Of a DNA stretch of 64,000 nucleotides, positions 60,876 to 64,000 are shown piece after piece. A program made the translations under genes and the position numbers. Below the pieces are notes generated by a model that was not told the origin of the DNA, searched no databases, and was given only the letters and a program-made list of their open reading frames with translations. The DNA comes from Myxococcota bacterium (GTDB lineage: Bacteria; Myxococcota_A; SURF-8): contig CAXXQS010000002.1 in assembly GCA_963674735.2 (NCBI GenBank), forward strand, positions 736,001 to 800,000. The letters are read 5' to 3'. How positions within the stretch are numbered: position 1 is the first letter of the stretch; every line of letters starts with the position of its first letter.

Positions 60876-61238
60876 TTATGCCAGATACCGCTTGACTTTA
60901 TCAAGAAGCACGCCGACTTGAAAGGGTTTACTCAAATACTCCGTCGCGCCCTGCTTCAATCCCCAATAAACATCACTGGTTAGACTCTTCGCGGAAATCA
61001 TGATGATTGGAACACGTCGGTTTTCTTTTCGGGATTTTAGGCTTCGACAAACTTGATATCCGTCTTTTTTGGGCATCACCACATCCAGAATCATCAAGTC
61101 CGGATGCGTTTCATTGAACCGTCGCTCGGCTTCCTCACCATTCTCCGCCTCAACCAATTCATGGCCGAGTTCACGCAAAGCTTCGGCATAAACCTGCCGT
61201 TCAGTCGGTGAATCATCCGCGATCAGAATGCGTGCCAC
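60876..61238 (-). CDS. PilH-like single-domain response regulator
   Basis: ILIADDSPT, PDL.ILDVVMP..DGYQVCR.LK, SD..WG.KQGA..Y..KPF; GTG start after GGAGG. Confidence 0.9.
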   Translation of the reverse strand: MARILIADDSPTERQVYAEALRELGHELVEAENGEEAERRFNETHPDLMILDVVMPKKDGYQVCRSLKSRKENRRVPIIMISAKSLTSDVYWGLKQGATEYLSKPFQVGVLLDKVKRYLA

Positions 61239-61506
61239 ACGAACCTCCCTGTACAAGACCGCTAAGCCGCACCTTGCTTCAAACAGGACATCAAGCCTTG
61301 ATAGTTTGGCATAAAACACCGAAAATATCAAGTATTTCTGCAACCATACCCAATTCGAGACAAGACATGACCCATAGGCCAAGTTCACCTAATGCCGGGT
61401 TTTCCCTTGCAATTAAATCGGCCACTGGCTAATAATCTTGAATCTACTTGGCAGGGTACGCCGAACGAATCGTGCAGGGCCTGTACCGCCCGGGAAATGA
61501 AAAAAC

Positions 61507-62382
61507 ATGATCAAAGCGTTATTGGTGTCTGTTCGACCCAAACAATGGGTTAAAAACCTGATTATTTTCGCTCCGTTGGTCTTTTCGCAAAGTCTATTCG
61601 ACCTGGATCGAACCGCGTTGTCGGCGGCGGCTTTCGCTGTTTTCTGCCTCCTGGCGGGATCGGTTTATCTGCTTAACGACCTGTTCGACATTGAAAAAGA
61701 CCGTCAGCATCCCATCAAATGCAAGCGTCCATTGCCGTCGGGCCAACTCAAACCCGCCATCGCCGTATTGGCGCTGCTCGCGTTCAGCCTGGGATCACTG
61801 GCCACCGCGTTTATTCTCGACCTGGAATTCGGGGCCATGGCGCTGCTTTACTTCGTCAACAACCTGGCCTATTCCACTTTCATCAAACACGTGGTGATCA
61901 TGGACGTGATGTCCATCGCCTTCGGCTTCGTTCTGCGCGTCCTCGCCGGGGCGGCGGTGATTGATGTTCCCGCCACACCCTGGCTGCTGATGTGTACGGT
62001 TTTATTGGCACTATTCCTGGGATTCGCCAAACGACGCCATGAGCTGGTGCTGCTCAACGACAGCGCCGATTCGCATCGCCGGGTTCTGGAGCATTACACC
62101 CCGTATTTCCTCGATCAGATGATCCTGATCGTCACCGCCAGCACGGTGATGTCCTATGCGCTTTACACCATGTCGCCGGAAACCGTGGCCAATTTCGGCA
62201 CCCAGCATCTGATCTATACGATTCCCTTCGTTCTCTACGGAATCTTCCGCTATCTGTATCTGGTGCACCTGAAAGAAGGGGGCGGCAGTCCAACACGCGT
62301 CCTGCTGACCGACAAGCCGCTGGTGATCAACATTGTCTTGTGGTTGGGTAGCTGCATTCTGATTATCGAGGGTATTTTATGA
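61507..62382 (+). CDS. Decaprenyl-phosphate phosphoribosyltransferase-like UbiA family protein
   Basis: RPKQWVKNL, YLLND..D.EKDR.HP.K..RP..SG, GFVLRV.AG, KRRHEL, YGIFRY, G.SPT...L.D. Confidence 0.9.
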   Translation: MIKALLVSVRPKQWVKNLIIFAPLVFSQSLFDLDRTALSAAAFAVFCLLAGSVYLLNDLFDIEKDRQHPIKCKRPLPSGQLKPAIAVLALLAFSLGSLATAFILDLEFGAMALLYFVNNLAYSTFIKHVVIMDVMSIAFGFVLRVLAGAAVIDVPATPWLLMCTVLLALFLGFAKRRHELVLLNDSADSHRRVLEHYTPYFLDQMILIVTASTVMSYALYTMSPETVANFGTQHLIYTIPFVLYGIFRYLYLVHLKEGGGSPTRVLLTDKPLVINIVLWLGSCILIIEGIL

Positions 62383-62747
62383 AAACCGTTCACTTCGTCC
62401 TGATTTTCGCCCTGGTCGCCAATGCCGTGGCCAATATCCTGATCAAAGAGGGCATGAAAGCCAAAGCACTCGACCTGGGCAACCTGCTGGGAGTGTTCAA
62501 GGCCATGGCCTTCAATCCGGTCGTGATTGCCGGGTTGTTCTTTTTCGGCTTGGCGCTGGCCGCCTATTCCTTCGTGCTGTCGCAGATCAAACTCTCGGTC
62601 GCCTATCCGATCATGACATCAGCTGGCTTTCTGATCGTGGTCACCTACTCCATGATAAAGCTGCAAGAACAGATTACGCTCATTCAGTGGGGTGGTCTGG
62701 CCCTGATCCTCACCGGAGTCTGGATGGTGGCCACCAACCTCGGCTAA
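62379..62747 (+). CDS. Small multidrug-resistance/EamA-like membrane protein (ArnE/F-like flippase subunit)
   Basis: Four transmembrane helices, ANILIK, LS...LSVAYP, E.IT...W.G..LI..GV; ATGA overlap with the ubiA-like gene. Confidence 0.78.
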   Translation: MKTVHFVLIFALVANAVANILIKEGMKAKALDLGNLLGVFKAMAFNPVVIAGLFFFGLALAAYSFVLSQIKLSVAYPIMTSAGFLIVVTYSMIKLQEQITLIQWGGLALILTGVWMVATNLG

Positions 62748-62886
62748 CCTCAGCCAGTCCATCCGATGGTTCCGTCAATCTGCAAGGCGATGATTCCATT
62801 CCGAAATGAGATTGTAGCGCTGTGACCAAGCGCGGTGCCGCAAGCGATAGCTCAGCATTGAGAACATGATATCTATTTGAAATAAC

Positions 62887-62915
62887 AAAAAAAAGCGGGA
62901 CCGCAGTCCCGCTTT
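62887..62915 (-). terminator. Rho-independent terminator, possibly bidirectional
   Basis: AAAGCGGGAC-CGCA-GTCCCGCTTT with an A8 tract on the left (T8 on the minus strand), between convergent genes. Confidence 0.8.
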
Positions 62916-62938
62916 GCAGAGTCTCTTCTAACCGATGA

Positions 62939-63904
62939 TCAGAATGTGAACGCGACATCGGCATTGACGCCCCAGTTCTGACGCCGTTCACGCTGCGTGA
63001 GGGCCATGAAACCACCCACACCGCCCTCGAAAACGCCCAGATTGACGCGATAACCGCCCCCGACGTTTAGCTGGTGATTGGCGAAGTAGGCCATATCCAG
63101 TTTTTCGGAGTTCGTGTCGGCTTCCGCCCCGGCGCGGTAGCTGAGAATGTTGAGGACATTCTGTTCGCGTGCGGCCGACAAATCGCGGAACCAGGCCGTA
63201 TCTTCCACTTGGAGACCGATGAAATGCTGGCCGAGAATTTTCAGCAAGAAGTTCACCCGCGCATAAACGCCGCCGATGAATTCCTCGTCGTCTTCCGGGA
63301 TCACGGTGGTGCCCGGAATCAATTCGGCCTCTTCCGGATCGGAAATGTTCATCAGGAAGGATGCATCCACTTCCACGGCGAACCAATCGCCGGTGTTGAA
63401 GTAGAATTGTACGCCCGGATCCACCTCGTAAACACGCAATTCGTCGGGTTTGGTGGCAATCGGGAAATACGCCTGAATCGCGGCCGAACCCCACACCCAA
63501 TCGAGGTTGAGAAAACGGTATTTCGGCGTCAGTCCGATCGTGACGCTGTTGTTCCCGTAATTTTCCACCACTTCCTGGCATTCGGCGACCGACCCACTGC
63601 AGCGGCTCAACGTGACCTCTTCGACAGAATTGCGCCAGATAGTTTGCAGCGCGAAGCCGAAGCTGTCTTCGAACGCCAGTTGGAGGTCGAAGATGCCGCC
63701 GTGGGTCCCTTTGTTGACGCCTTTAACCGTGCCCTGCTCCGTGAAATAGCCGAATTTAACCGCGTTTTCAACCCTGGCATCGGTCCTGAAACCGAAGGGA
63801 GCCGAATACTGGTTGTTGAAATCGGCCGCGCCAAGCTCACCGGCGCTCAGAACGAGCAGGACGACGGCGAGGATAACAGCGTTTCGCCCAGACGGTGTCG
63901 TCAT
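62939..63904 (-). CDS. Hypothetical outer-membrane beta-barrel protein
   Basis: Signal peptide ending LGA-A, alternating beta-strand pattern, C-terminal Phe signature (GVNADVAFTF). Confidence 0.65.
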   Translation of the reverse strand: MTTPSGRNAVILAVVLLVLSAGELGAADFNNQYSAPFGFRTDARVENAVKFGYFTEQGTVKGVNKGTHGGIFDLQLAFEDSFGFALQTIWRNSVEEVTLSRCSGSVAECQEVVENYGNNSVTIGLTPKYRFLNLDWVWGSAAIQAYFPIATKPDELRVYEVDPGVQFYFNTGDWFAVEVDASFLMNISDPEEAELIPGTTVIPEDDEEFIGGVYARVNFLLKILGQHFIGLQVEDTAWFRDLSAAREQNVLNILSYRAGAEADTNSEKLDMAYFANHQLNVGGGYRVNLGVFEGGVGGFMALTQRERRQNWGVNADVAFTF

Positions 63905-64000
63905 CGCTTCACTCCCTCTAAGTATCTTGGTCAAAATGGGTGACTACTTTGGTGATCCGGTCTACCGTATTTCGGGACGAGTGTCAAGATTTTTCTTGAA

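Noticed and set aside
54475-62915. Similar hairpins CGGGACC...GTCCCG at 54482 and 62896 as a REP-like repeat family
   Set aside because: Only two short copies, both explained as terminators with T tails.

Overview
Core-chromosome window from a deltaproteobacterial-type organism (Myxococcota/Desulfobacterota-like). The 16S gene carries exact DELTA495a and SRB385Db probe targets, and the window has a myxobacterial-style FHA-sigma54 activator and Cys-rich lipoproteins. Contents in order: 5' part of larC (cut by the window edge, missing from the ORF track), a PerR/Fur regulator, a tandem-FHA sigma54 activator, one complete minus-strand rRNA operon (16S-tRNAIle-tRNAAla-23S-5S with two promoters and a terminator), envelope genes and lipoproteins, yicC-gmk-rel-ridA-mnmE, glnA, an AcuC/HDAC-kinase-receiver operon, purF, pepT, a PilH-PilI-PilJ-ChpA-type chemosensory operon and a DPPR-synthase-like ubiA with a small flippase. 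I found no CRISPR array, IS element or prophage. Best candidate for an undescribed system: a translationally coupled pair of highly divergent nitrogenase component-1 (NifD/NifK-fold) proteins at 20998-24380, with an N-terminal extension, a reduced Cys set and no NifH/BchL partner in the window. Also notable: a GAK-type ATP-grasp/PHP/Zn-ribbon/DASS cluster, a shared Asp-Gly-Asp tether in four unrelated lipoproteins, several apparent pseudoenzymes or motif variants (ProA, HD-GYP, Rel, GlnA) and a structured purF leader. All family calls come from motifs read by eye; no database search was run.
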